A stretch of DNA of 41,768 nt from Microcoleus sp. Aus8_D2 (GCF_036702665.1 NZ_JAUBUN010000017.1:1-41768), one strand, 5' to 3'. Positions 16,366 to 25,628 are shown, numbered from the stretch's first letter. Program-made: numbers and translations. Notes: generated by a model from the letters alone, not told the origin.

Positions 16366-17052
16366 ATGGAGAACATCGTCACAGAAAAACAGCAGCGGGA
16401 AGCGCAGCTTCTGGAAGCTTTTATTAACATGGTGAAATCTCCTGACGGAGACTTTGAGGCTCTCGGACACTTGTTCAAAGCTGCGAGCGATGGTTATAGC
16501 CTCCAGCTAATAATAGATATTCTTTCCCAGGAACCTCAAGCAAAACGGGCATTTAAAGAACGTCCGCGTTTGGGAAATGTCGATTTGGAAGCACTCCACC
16601 AATTGCCGAAAAATACGCTCGGTTATCATTATGCAGTTCATATGCTAAGCAATAACCTCAAAGTTTTGTCAGCCAAAGAAATCCCTGATGATGACTTGGC
16701 ATTTTTGGCTGTGCATACTACTGAAACCCATGACTGTTGGCACGTCGTCACCGGTTGCAGCACCCATATAACAGGAGAAATTGAGTTAGAGGCTTTTTAT
16801 GTGGCGCAGATGTCGGCTTCTCGTTTTTGGCTGGCACTCCTTGCTAAAAATTTGTTAAAATCTACATTACAAGACATTGAAACCAGCGGCGATTATATGG
16901 ATGCGCTATGCCGAGGTTGGTTGCGGGGAAAACAGGCTAAACTGCTATTTGGAATTGAGTGGAATAAGCTGTGGGAAACGCCGCTGGCAGAAGTGCGCGA
17001 TCGCTTAAACTTAAATAGAGTACCGGAAACCGATCGCATTCTTTCAGCCTAA
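16366..17052 (+). CDS. Coq4-family protein (ubiquinone/plastoquinone-biosynthesis COQ4 homolog)
   Basis: HDCWH-x11-E (HDCWHVVTGCSTHITGEIE) matches the COQ4 HDxxH-x11-E zinc-ligand motif and its spacing. The start was chosen at ATG 16366, which has AAGGAGG 8 nt upstream; the ORF is open from 16264. Confidence 0.7.
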   Translation: MENIVTEKQQREAQLLEAFINMVKSPDGDFEALGHLFKAASDGYSLQLIIDILSQEPQAKRAFKERPRLGNVDLEALHQLPKNTLGYHYAVHMLSNNLKVLSAKEIPDDDLAFLAVHTTETHDCWHVVTGCSTHITGEIELEAFYVAQMSASRFWLALLAKNLLKSTLQDIETSGDYMDALCRGWLRGKQAKLLFGIEWNKLWETPLAEVRDRLNLNRVPETDRILSA

Positions 17053-17077
17053 TTCAGCGACCAACTTCGAGACCATC

Positions 17078-17112
17078 TCAAAACCCGGTTTCTTGAAGAA
17101 ACAGGTTTTTTT
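17078..17112 (+). terminator. Putative Rho-independent terminator after the Coq4-like gene (hairpin GGTTTCTT-GAAGAAAC followed by T8)
   Basis: AAAACCCGGTTTCTTGAAGAAACAGGTTTTTTTT read directly. Confidence 0.5.
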
Positions 17113-17139
17113 TCGTTGAGCTGAATCGCCTTTCATCCC

Positions 17140-18273
17140 TCAAGCTGTTCGATGAATTTCTGCGATCGCACTGGTGACTCGTTCTAAATCTTCTTCAGTT
17201 AAATTCGAGCCAGAAGGCAAGCAAAGACCATGTTCAAATAACTCTTCAGCAACTTCGCCTCCGATAGATTCACACTCAGCAAATACTGGCTGCAAATGCA
17301 AAGGTTTCCAAACCGGACGCGCTTCTATTTTCTCCTTCGCCAGTGCGAGGCGAACAAGTTCTCTATCCGCACCGAAAGCAGCAGGATTAATTGTCAAACA
17401 AGTCAGCCAGCGAGTAGCGCGTCCGAAATCAGCTTCCGGCATAAATTCGATTCCCGGCAAATTTCCCAAAGCTTGTTTGTAAACCTCAAAATTGTGCCGT
17501 CTCGCCTCAACTCTATCCTCCAAAACCCGCAATTGACCAATCCCAATCCCCGCTAAAACGTTGCTGAGGCGGTAGTTATAGCCGATTTCGGTGTGTTGGT
17601 AGTGAGGAGCAGGATCGCGGGCTTGCGTCGCCAAGAAACGGGCTTTTTCTACCAGTTTTTGGTCGTCAGAAACTAACATTCCGCCGCCGGAAGTGGTGAT
17701 AATTTTATTACCGTTGAATGAGAAAATCCCGATTTTGCCAAAAGTTCCCGGAGAACGGTTTTTGTAAGTAGCTCCTAGGGATTCGGCCGCATCTTCAATT
17801 AGGGGTATTTCATAGTCATTGCAAACTGCTAAAATAGGGTCAATATCGGCACTTTGACCGTAGAGGTGTACGATCGCCACAGCTTTGGGCAACTTTCCTA
17901 ATTTGGCTCGTTTGTCCAGGGCTTCTCGCAACAATTCTGGATTCATGTTCCATGTAGTGCGATCGCTATCAATGAAAACCGGTTTGGCGCCTAAATAAGT
18001 AATCGGACTCGCCGTAGCAATAAACGTCAGAGTCGAGCAAAAAACCTCATCGCCTGCACTGACACCAATTAATTGTAAAGCTAAATGTAAAGCCGCAGTG
18101 CCCGAACTCAGAGCAGCGGCGTGGCTGGAACCGACAACATCGCAGAATTCCCGCTCGAAAGCATCGACATGGGGGCCGACGGGGGCGATCCAGTTGGTGT
18201 CAAAGGCTTCTTGGACAAACTTTTGTTCTAGTTCGCCCATGTGCGGCGTTGAGAGGAGGATTTGTTTGGTCAT
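17140..18273 (-). CDS. DegT/DnrJ/EryC1/StrS-family PLP-dependent nucleotide-sugar aminotransferase (PglE/WbpE-like)
   Basis: The PLP-lysine motif FSFNGNKIITTSGGGM and the conserved N-terminal segment (GSSHAAALSSGTAALHLAL) are present. The start is placed at MTKQILLSTPHMG, 10 bp after the upstream gene. Confidence 0.88.
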   Translation of the reverse strand: MTKQILLSTPHMGELEQKFVQEAFDTNWIAPVGPHVDAFEREFCDVVGSSHAAALSSGTAALHLALQLIGVSAGDEVFCSTLTFIATASPITYLGAKPVFIDSDRTTWNMNPELLREALDKRAKLGKLPKAVAIVHLYGQSADIDPILAVCNDYEIPLIEDAAESLGATYKNRSPGTFGKIGIFSFNGNKIITTSGGGMLVSDDQKLVEKARFLATQARDPAPHYQHTEIGYNYRLSNVLAGIGIGQLRVLEDRVEARRHNFEVYKQALGNLPGIEFMPEADFGRATRWLTCLTINPAAFGADRELVRLALAKEKIEARPVWKPLHLQPVFAECESIGGEVAEELFEHGLCLPSGSNLTEEDLERVTSAIAEIHRTA

Positions 18274-18283
18274 TGGGGAGACT

Positions 18284-18922
18284 TCATTCATTACCTTTAA
18301 ACTCTTCACTTGTAAGATGACCTTCTTGGCTGATTTCTTTTTGTCCCAAGACTTGACCTACTGTCAGGAAAAGTATTTTCAAATCCAGCCACAGGTTCCA
18401 ATTATCCACATACCAAACATCGAGCCTAAATTTCTCCGGCCAATTACCATCTAGAAGTCGGCGACCGTTCACCTGGGCCCACCCGGTGATTCCGGGCATC
18501 ACATCATGGCGGCGTGCTTGTTCTGGGCTGTAGCGTTCTAGGTATCGTACTAACAAGGGACGAGGGCCAACAAAGCTCATGTCGCCTTTGAGAACATTCC
18601 ACAGTTGGGGAAGTTCGTCCAAACTGGTTTTTCGCAAGAATTGACCGATCGCAGTCAGGCGTTGTTCGTCGGGGAGCAAGTTTCCTTCGCGATCGCGATC
18701 GCTCGTCATCGTGCGAAATTTGTAGAACTTGAAGACGTGGCTATCTTTACCTGGCCTCGGTTGTGTGAACACAACGGGAGAACCCATGCGGATGTAAATG
18801 GCGATCGCCACTATTAAAACGATGGGAGAGAAAATTAGTAGGGCGATCGCGGCAACTAATCTATCTAATACCCACTTAACTAATCTGCTGAATTTGGTGA
18901 TTGGCGATCGGTGATTATTCAT
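18284..18922 (-). CDS. Small monotopic phosphoglycosyl transferase (bacterial sugar transferase, PglC/WbaP-C-terminal type). Likely the priming enzyme.
   Basis: One N-terminal TM helix is followed by the conserved block GSPVVFTQPRPGKDSHVFKFYKFRTM...DELPQLWNVLKGDMSFVGPRP. Confidence 0.88.
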   Translation of the reverse strand: MNNHRSPITKFSRLVKWVLDRLVAAIALLIFSPIVLIVAIAIYIRMGSPVVFTQPRPGKDSHVFKFYKFRTMTSDRDREGNLLPDEQRLTAIGQFLRKTSLDELPQLWNVLKGDMSFVGPRPLLVRYLERYSPEQARRHDVMPGITGWAQVNGRRLLDGNWPEKFRLDVWYVDNWNLWLDLKILFLTVGQVLGQKEISQEGHLTSEEFKGNE

Positions 18923-18939
18923 GGTTCATTGCTCATCAT

Positions 18940-19701
18940 TCATTTTTTACAGACAAAGTAAAGCATTCCTTGTAGGCGTTCATTCGCTAATGTTTCAATT
19001 GATTCTGGCATTCTTCCTTCTTGTTTGATCTGATAACTAGAACCCACAGCAACTACATGAAAACCAACTTTTTTTATAATCTGTTCAGCCTCTGCAACTT
19101 GATACCAATAAGGATAAGGGCCTCGATCCAGAAGGCATAACCAGTTTGGTTTTCCACCAAGCTTCAGCCAAGGAATATATTGAAGAGAACGATTTGAGCC
19201 GCGAAGCTTCCGTATCAGGCTGAGATAAGATAAATATGACTTGTAGATGGGACTTCTAACTCTCGTTTCAAAGCTGAGGAATGAGAATAATGCAATCCCC
19301 CCCATTTTGAGGATACGATAAGCCTCTTCCATCGCCTTTAATCTGCTTGAATCATTTTCGATCAAACAAATAATTTGTTGAAGATAAATTATCTGATCGA
19401 AACTAGCATCTTCGTAGTTTAAGCTAGTTGCATCCTGAACTTCAAAAGAAATACTCTGCGTCGCATCTCTTTTTTTTGCCTGCTCAATAAATTCTGGCAC
19501 GTAATCATAACCGGCAAGAGATGTAAAACCCATCTGTTTCATTTCTAATAAAATTCTTCCTCCTGCTGTTCCAGCTTCGAGTATTTTTCCTGTTCGAGCT
19601 AAATAAGTTTCTATTAGATACTTTTCTTCCTCAATCAATTGTTCTTTGTCTGCCCAACTCTCAAATTCTACTGTGCTGTAAACTTGCTTGTTGTCCATCA
19701 T
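18940..19701 (-). CDS. Class I SAM-dependent methyltransferase (paralog of 22328-23086)
   Basis: Motif-I-like ILEAGTAGGRILLEM followed by an acidic motif II. About 60% identical to the downstream paralog. Confidence 0.6.
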   Translation of the reverse strand: MMDNKQVYSTVEFESWADKEQLIEEEKYLIETYLARTGKILEAGTAGGRILLEMKQMGFTSLAGYDYVPEFIEQAKKRDATQSISFEVQDATSLNYEDASFDQIIYLQQIICLIENDSSRLKAMEEAYRILKMGGIALFSFLSFETRVRSPIYKSYLSYLSLIRKLRGSNRSLQYIPWLKLGGKPNWLCLLDRGPYPYWYQVAEAEQIIKKVGFHVVAVGSSYQIKQEGRMPESIETLANERLQGMLYFVCKK

Positions 19702-19714
19702 ACAATTCTCCTAA

Positions 19715-20779
19715 TCAGTTAGAGCGATATGCAGGGAAAAAATTGGTATTCAGTAGATGCTCCACCTCGATCTTCAGATATTTTGCACGTAGGTTAACTA
19801 AATGAAGATATTTTTCTTCATCTGTAATTAAGCGTCGGGTGAAAAAAGTGTGTCTTTGCTTAGAGAAACCTGCTTTGAAATGGTAGAGACTATCTTGCGA
19901 ACCTCCTAAACCACCGCCTAGATGGAAAACTTGATTACCGCGTTCCTTAGCCCAGAATCGAACATAATCAAACATTAGTTTAGTGGGTGCTTGTTTCAAA
20001 AAGCTTGACTTCGTACCACCCAGATGATACTGAACGATGCCGCAGCACTCAGTAAACAAACCACCACAGGTAATTTCTCCATTCAATTCTACCATACATA
20101 AATGCAATTTATCTCCTAATACATCGATGAGTTTTACCAGATAATTAGTTCCGAAATAATATAACTTTGCAGCCCCAACCCGAGCCATTGTTTCCTCATA
20201 AATCGCGTTGAAATCATTAATATATTCCTGAATAGGAACCATTTTAGCCGAAAAACCTTCGCGGACGCATCTATTTATTTTATTGCGATGTTCAGAGCGA
20301 GTTTGACTCCATATTTCACTTCGTTCGAGTGTTAAATCTACAGAAACTGTTTCTCCATTGAGTGTAAACAAGTCATTGTTTATCGAAGTATTAACATCCT
20401 TGTTGAGAATAGGATGCAGCCGTAAAAAAGCCGAACAAATATTGCGATCGCGCCAGGCCTGTGTTAAATTTTCGATTGCCAAGATAAAAAAATCAGGAGT
20501 GCTAGCTGCGGCTTCATTTAACAAAAATCCCGGATAGCCATAGGGCGATATAACATCAAAAACTTCTACTGTCTCTGCAAATAAATTATTGCACTTTCGC
20601 AATAAATAAGGCAAAAAGAATATTTTGTCATCATCAGCAATCAAAATAGCTTCTGCGGTTGCTTCGGTTCTTTTTGCTTCTAAATCCACATAGCCAGGTA
20701 AATGATAAAAATCATGTCTGAGATTATCCAGAGTTTCTAGCCACAAAGGACTGCTTAAATCAATAAATTGGATTTTCAT
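19715..20779 (-). CDS. FemAB/CelD-like GNAT-fold (Acetyltransf_6-type) acyl- or aminoacyl-transferase
   Basis: The C-terminal block KLMFDYVRFWAKERGNQVFHLGGGLGG...LYHFKAGF is characteristic of the FemAB/CelD-like family. 354 aa. Confidence 0.55.
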   Translation of the reverse strand: MKIQFIDLSSPLWLETLDNLRHDFYHLPGYVDLEAKRTEATAEAILIADDDKIFFLPYLLRKCNNLFAETVEVFDVISPYGYPGFLLNEAAASTPDFFILAIENLTQAWRDRNICSAFLRLHPILNKDVNTSINNDLFTLNGETVSVDLTLERSEIWSQTRSEHRNKINRCVREGFSAKMVPIQEYINDFNAIYEETMARVGAAKLYYFGTNYLVKLIDVLGDKLHLCMVELNGEITCGGLFTECCGIVQYHLGGTKSSFLKQAPTKLMFDYVRFWAKERGNQVFHLGGGLGGSQDSLYHFKAGFSKQRHTFFTRRLITDEEKYLHLVNLRAKYLKIEVEHLLNTNFFPAYRSN

Positions 20780-20878
20780 GGCTTGATAATTTTAAGTTGA
20801 TTATTCGCGAAGATTTACTGTGCATATAACCTCATCTGCTGACTTAGCACTTCAGCAGATGAGTAGGTTCAGCACCTT

Positions 20879-21826
20879 CTAGCCGTACAAAGACTGCACC
20901 CATTCCCATTCTTGCTTCAACCCTTCCCTCAAAGAAACCTGTGCCTGATATCCCAAGATTTTCTGAGCTTTCGATACGTCAGCGCTAGTATCTCGCGCAT
21001 CTCCTTTGCTCGATTCTAGGTAATTGATGCGAATCGGGCGATCGACAATGCTTTCCATAGTCTGAATAACTTCCGCCAAAGCAACTCGACTTCCCCCTCC
21101 AATATTAAATATTTCCCCGACAGCTTCCGGCACTTTAGCGGCAGCTAAATTAGCGGCAACGCAATCGCTGATAAATGTAAAATCTCGCGTTTGCTGTCCG
21201 TCTCCGTAAATTGAAATCGCTTCGCCGCGCAAAATTGACTTAAAAAATATGTGAAATGCCATATCGGGACGCTGGCGAGGCCCGTAAACAGTGAAATACC
21301 GCAGCATGGTTGCGGGAACGCCAAAATTGTGATGATAAAGCGAAGCCAAACGTTCAGCGGCTAATTTGGTAATCCCGTAGGGAGAAACTGGTTGAGGGCA
21401 GGCAGTTTCGGAAGTAGGAAAAGTTTCAGCATTGCCGTACACCGACGAAGACGAAGCCAATACAAACTTTTTCAGTTGCGGTGCATCTTTTGCGGCTTCT
21501 AGGAGTACCTGAGTTGCATTGATATTGCGTTCCGTATAGCTGCGGAAACCGTCTCCCCAACTAGCACGGACTCCTGCTTGGGCTGCTTGGTGGTAAATGA
21601 CTTCTGCATTTGCTAATAGCGGTTTCCAATCCAAAGATAAGATATTGCCCTCAATTAGTTGAAAATTCGGATTTTTTTCAAAATGAGCGAGATTTTTTCT
21701 CTTCAATTCGGGATTGTAGTAATCGTTGACTTCATCAACACCGATTACTTGTTCACCTTGGTTTAAAAGAGTTTCGACTAAGTTAGAGCCGATAAAACCT
21801 GCCGCGCCTGTAACAATATTACTCAT
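20879..21826 (-). CDS. NAD-dependent epimerase/dehydratase, most similar to UDP-glucuronate 4-epimerase-type SDRs
   Basis: The N-terminus is MSNIVTGAAGFIGSNLVETLL...VIGVDEVNDYYNPELKRKNL. YGITK (YxxxK) is present. The start is set at the internal ATG 21826. The ORF-track N-terminal extension is a glycosyltransferase remnant. Confidence 0.75.
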   Translation of the reverse strand: MSNIVTGAAGFIGSNLVETLLNQGEQVIGVDEVNDYYNPELKRKNLAHFEKNPNFQLIEGNILSLDWKPLLANAEVIYHQAAQAGVRASWGDGFRSYTERNINATQVLLEAAKDAPQLKKFVLASSSSVYGNAETFPTSETACPQPVSPYGITKLAAERLASLYHHNFGVPATMLRYFTVYGPRQRPDMAFHIFFKSILRGEAISIYGDGQQTRDFTFISDCVAANLAAAKVPEAVGEIFNIGGGSRVALAEVIQTMESIVDRPIRINYLESSKGDARDTSADVSKAQKILGYQAQVSLREGLKQEWEWVQSLYG

Positions 21827-21828
21827 GG

Positions 21829-21862
21829 GTTGATTGTTGATTGTTGATTGTTGATTGTTGAC
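21829..21862. repeat. Heptamer tandem repeat (GATTGTT)5, i.e. (AACAATC)5 on the coding strand. It is immediately 5' of the epimerase start codon.
   Basis: Read directly; it occupies positions -3 to -36 relative to ATG 21826. Confidence 0.9.
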
Positions 21863-21865
21863 TTC

Positions 21866-22010
21866 AGCATACAAAGCCTCGTATTGCTTGAGGATATGTG
21901 GTAGGTCATAATTAACCATATTTTCTCGTCCGCGCTTGCCCATATGTTGAGCTTCCTCTGGATGGTCTAAAATCTCTGTTGTTACTACTCCTTCTTTTGC
22001 TACACTATGA
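21866..22010 (-). pseudogene. Remnant of a GT4 glycosyltransferase C-terminus (…EILDHPEEAQHMGKRGRENMVNYDLPHILKQYEALY). It matches the tail of the intact GT 25779-26921 (…ILDHPEDALAMGKRGRSRMATHDLQNIIKLHETLY).
   Basis: Minus-strand translation compared by eye with the GT 25779-26921 C-terminus. Confidence 0.55.
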
Positions 22011-22327
22011 ATATCACTTTATCAATAGTTCGGACAGTTTTTATTTCGTAGTCTGAAACCATTATTTTCCATTGACGGATAGGGGCGCTCGCGCACGGAT
22101 TACCCTACAAAACACTATATACAGCATATCCCAGGTTTATGAAGTACAGTAGCAACTATTGGCAAACCCGCTACATAGGTAGATCCAAAAGATTGTGCAT
22201 CACATATACATCGAATATGTTGTATATAGCGTATCTGCGTAATTCCTGATACTTTAACTCAAGTTAATACCACCTTAAACTATTTTTTGCCTATGTTTGG
22301 TGTGCGAAAGTCTTAATTAACTAAAAT

Positions 22328-23086
22328 TTACTTTTTGCACACAAAGTAAAGCATCCCTGCAATCGGTTCTTTGACTAATGTTTCAATTGACTGGTGCATT
22401 TTGCCTTGTTTAATCTGAAAATCAGAACCAATAGCAACCACTTCAAAATTGACTTCTCTTAAAAGCTGGTAAACCTCTTCAACCTTGTACCAATAGACAT
22501 AAGGTTCCCGATCGACAAGCGCCGACAAGTTTACTTTCCCACCATGCTTAAGCCAAGGCAGATACTGAATTGTCCGATTCGATCCCCGCAAATTCCTAAA
22601 CATACCCAAATACATCAAGAACAACGAATACATAACACTGCTCTTTCTGGCATCAAAACTTAGAAACGAAAATAAAGCCGTTCCCTCATTTTTGAGAATT
22701 CGATAAGCCTCCTTCAGGGCTTTTAACCTGGCTTCGGCATCATCAATAGAAGAAATTATTTGCTGTAAATAAATGATCTGATCGAAATCATTATCTTTGT
22801 AATTTAATCTAGTTGCATCCTCCACCTCAAAATAAATACTGCCGCTCGAATCTTTCTGTCTTGCCTGCTCAATGAATTCTGGCACGTAGTCATAACCGTA
22901 AAGAGATGTAAAACCAATTTTTTTCATCTCTAACAAAATTCTTCCTCCTGCGGTTCCAGCTTCTAAAGTTTTTGCTCTTTTATCTAAATAGTTTTCGAGC
23001 AAAAATTTTTCCTGAGTGAGTAAACGTTTTTTATAAGCCCACTCCTCAAATGCTACAGTGCTGTAAACTTCCTTGTTGTCACTCAT
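22328..23086 (-). CDS. Class I SAM-dependent methyltransferase (paralog of 18940-19701)
   Basis: Same motifs and length as 18940-19701 (LEAGTAGGRILLEMKKIGFTSLYGYDYVPEFIEQA). Confidence 0.6.
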   Translation of the reverse strand: MSDNKEVYSTVAFEEWAYKKRLLTQEKFLLENYLDKRAKTLEAGTAGGRILLEMKKIGFTSLYGYDYVPEFIEQARQKDSSGSIYFEVEDATRLNYKDNDFDQIIYLQQIISSIDDAEARLKALKEAYRILKNEGTALFSFLSFDARKSSVMYSLFLMYLGMFRNLRGSNRTIQYLPWLKHGGKVNLSALVDREPYVYWYKVEEVYQLLREVNFEVVAIGSDFQIKQGKMHQSIETLVKEPIAGMLYFVCKK

Positions 23087-23096
23087 AAACTTACCA

Positions 23097-24179
23097 TCAA
23101 TAAAGAGAACGATAGACCGGAAAAAAATCCGTAACTAGCAGTTTATCTGCTTCTGTGTTCAAAAATCTTGCACGCAGTTCAATCAGTTCGAGATATTTAG
23201 TTCGCTCTGTAATTATCCGCAGCGTCAAAAAAGTATGTCTTTGCTTGGAAAAACCTGCCTTGAAATGGTAGAGACTGTCCTGGAAACCTCCTAAACCTCC
23301 CCCTAGATGAAAAAGTTGATTGCCGCGTTCTTTAGCCCAGAATCGAATATAATCAAACATCAGTTTGCTAGGTGCTTGTTTAAAAAACTCGCTTCTGGTT
23401 CCTCCCAAGTGATATTGAATTATTCCACAACACTCGGTAAATATCCCTGAACAAGTAACTTTATCCTCTAATTATACTATACACAAGTGAACTTTTTCAC
23501 CTAGTTTAGAGAAATGTGAAAAATATTCATCATCAAAATAGTACGATCGCCCAGCCTCTACCCGATCCATTGTTTCATGGTAAATCGAAATAAACTCGCT
23601 GATATAGTCCTGAAATGGAACGATTTTTGCTGTCATCTCAGAGCGCTTTAACTTATTAATACTCGTGCGGTGTTCCGATCTAGTTTGACTCCATATTTCC
23701 GCTTCGGAGAGTTTCAAATTCACAGATACAGTTTCTCCATTTAATTTGCAAATATCGGGCGATAAAATTTCCTTAAATCCGCTGTTAAGTATCGGATGCA
23801 GCCGAAAAAATGCCGAACAGACTCCCTTGGCACGCAATACAGAGATTAGCTGATTCATTGCCAACTCTAAAAAATCTTTTGTACTAGCTGCCTTCTCACT
23901 CAACAGAATTCCTGGATAACCATAAGGGGAGACAACATCAAAAACATCTTGTGTTGCCAAGCTTTGGTCAAATATATCATAGCACGGACGCAAAAAATAA
24001 GGTATAAAAAAGATTTTGTCATCTTCAGCTATCACAATAGCTTCTGCTAGGGCGTTGTTCCGAATCGACTCCAAATATAGATATTCAGGCAAATGATAGA
24101 TATCGTGGCGAATTTTTTGCAGAGTCTCTAACCACAAAGAGTCTGATAAACCAATTACTTGAATTTGCATTTTATGCAC
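23097..24179 (-). pseudogene. FemAB/CelD-like paralog disrupted by a single in-frame TAA (minus strand, 23474-23472) at the position of a Glu codon in the intact copy
   Basis: The two ORF fragments (23472-24179 and 23097-23408) align collinearly with 19715-20779. Minus-strand translation across the gap reads VHLCIV*LEDKVTCSGIFTECCGIIQYHLGGT. The intact copy reads LHLCMVELNGEITCGGLFTECCGIVQYHLGGT. Confidence 0.7.
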
Positions 24180-24287
24180 TCCTAAATAATAAGTAATTTC
24201 ATGTTCGGTTGAATCGCTATTGAATCATTGGTCATTTCTAATATCTAAGTTTCTTAATTTAATAAAAGACTGCATAATTTACACCGA

Positions 24288-24410
24288 TAGAGCTTCAGTA
24301 TAAAGAGCTTCATATACTTTCAGGATCTGTGGCAATCCATACTCCGTCATTCCTTCTCGTCCGCGCTTTGCCATGATGGAAGCATCTTCAGGACGATACA
24401 TATGTAAATG
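24288..24410 (-). pseudogene. Second remnant of a GT4 C-terminus (…RPEDASIMAKRGREGMTEYGLPQILKVYEALYTEALSV*)
   Basis: Minus-strand translation matches the C-terminal 40 aa of GT 25779-26921. Confidence 0.55.
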
Positions 24411-24431
24411 GATGTAAATCGAGATCGCCAC

Positions 24432-24527
24432 TATAGCCTTTCTCAGGTAGGTGAGGTACAGACAAATGCTCGAAAATCCTGAAATTCATAGAATCTGGTA
24501 CACCTCATGTTGGTGAGAACCGCTATA
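24432..24527. mobile_element. MITE-like element (~96 bp) with terminal inverted repeats TATAGCCTTTCTCA…TGAGAACCGCTATA. There is a second copy at 30319-30424.
   Basis: The two copies share termini and the internal CATAGAATCTGG(C/T)A(T/C)ACCTCA segment. Each copy is internally palindromic. Confidence 0.6.
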
Positions 24528-24791
24528 TATCTAAGTATTGCAGTAAAAAAAACAAATGGCGATACCCACAAACAATTACCATTATAGAGGCAAATGAGTA
24601 AATCATTGCACAAGCTAAGTTGATTTATGTCAAAAATAGTTATTTTTTGTATCAAATTATTTACGCAAGTCAAAAATATTAAGAATTATTAAATTTTGGT
24701 AATGAGTAACGAATTCTCGCTCCGACAATTTCACGGACGTGTTAAGATTAGGTGCAAACAATCAAGAGTATAAGTTTACAAAAAAACTACC

Positions 24792-25628
24792 ATGAAATTA
24801 AAAAAAACATTACCTCCTAATCGGAGTTTTGAACAAATTCAAAATCACTATTTGGTGGAGAAAGCCATTGCCGACAGAATCAAGGTATCTAGTCTTGAAG
24901 ACCGAAAACTTATCTATGCCACGATGTATGATGAATTATTTGGTAAAGTACCAGATCACCCAAGATTGACTAGAAGAGACAATGAACAACTTACTCTAAT
25001 AGCAAATAAGAACAAATTGGCTACCCTCAGTGGGCTTATAGATCAATCAACTGTCTTCGCAGAATTTGGTCCTGGGGACTGCCGATTTGCTATGGAAGTT
25101 GCCAAATATGTTAACTGTGCATATGGCATAGATATTTCAGATCAGCGCAACCCAAACCACAATGCGCCTGATAATTTCAAATTAATTATATATGATGGTT
25201 ACTCTCTTGAAGGGATCGAAGAAAATTCCATTGACATCTTGTTTAGCGATCAAATAATCGAACACTTTCATCCCGAAGAAACTCAGCTTCATTTTCAATT
25301 AGCATATCGTATTCTCAAAAAAGGTGGCAAGTACATATTTATAACACCACACGCATTCAGAGGTCCGCATGATGTATCTGCCTATTTTTCCGATGAGCCA
25401 GAATGCTTTCATTTGAAAGAGTGGACTTATGCCGAACTACATCAAATCCTGAGCCAGTTAGGGTATTCAAAACTTGATTCATATTGGTGCGCAAAAAGCA
25501 TAAAATTCAGAATGCCTAATTTCTATTTTGAAGTCTGTGAAAAAGTGCTAGGTTTATTCCCAAGGCAATACATAAGAGTTGTTGCAAAATATTTAATACC
25601 CAACATTTTTTGTGCCACTATCAAATAA
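24792..25628 (+). CDS. Putative class I SAM-dependent methyltransferase (278 aa)
   Basis: Motif-I-like FAEFGPGDCRFAMEVAKYV and motif-II-like DILFSDQIIEHF. It is the only plus-strand gene inside the cluster. Confidence 0.5.
   Translation: MKLKKTLPPNRSFEQIQNHYLVEKAIADRIKVSSLEDRKLIYATMYDELFGKVPDHPRLTRRDNEQLTLIANKNKLATLSGLIDQSTVFAEFGPGDCRFAMEVAKYVNCAYGIDISDQRNPNHNAPDNFKLIIYDGYSLEGIEENSIDILFSDQIIEHFHPEETQLHFQLAYRILKKGGKYIFITPHAFRGPHDVSAYFSDEPECFHLKEWTYAELHQILSQLGYSKLDSYWCAKSIKFRMPNFYFEVCEKVLGLFPRQYIRVVAKYLIPNIFCATIK

Noticed and set aside
21827-21943. Upstream ATGs (21943, 21919) as the epimerase start
   Set aside because: The extension is homologous to the C-terminus of a glycosyltransferase and runs through the (AACAATC)5 repeat. 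SDR epimerases begin at the M-x-ILVTGAAGFIGS-type motif, which here follows ATG 21826.
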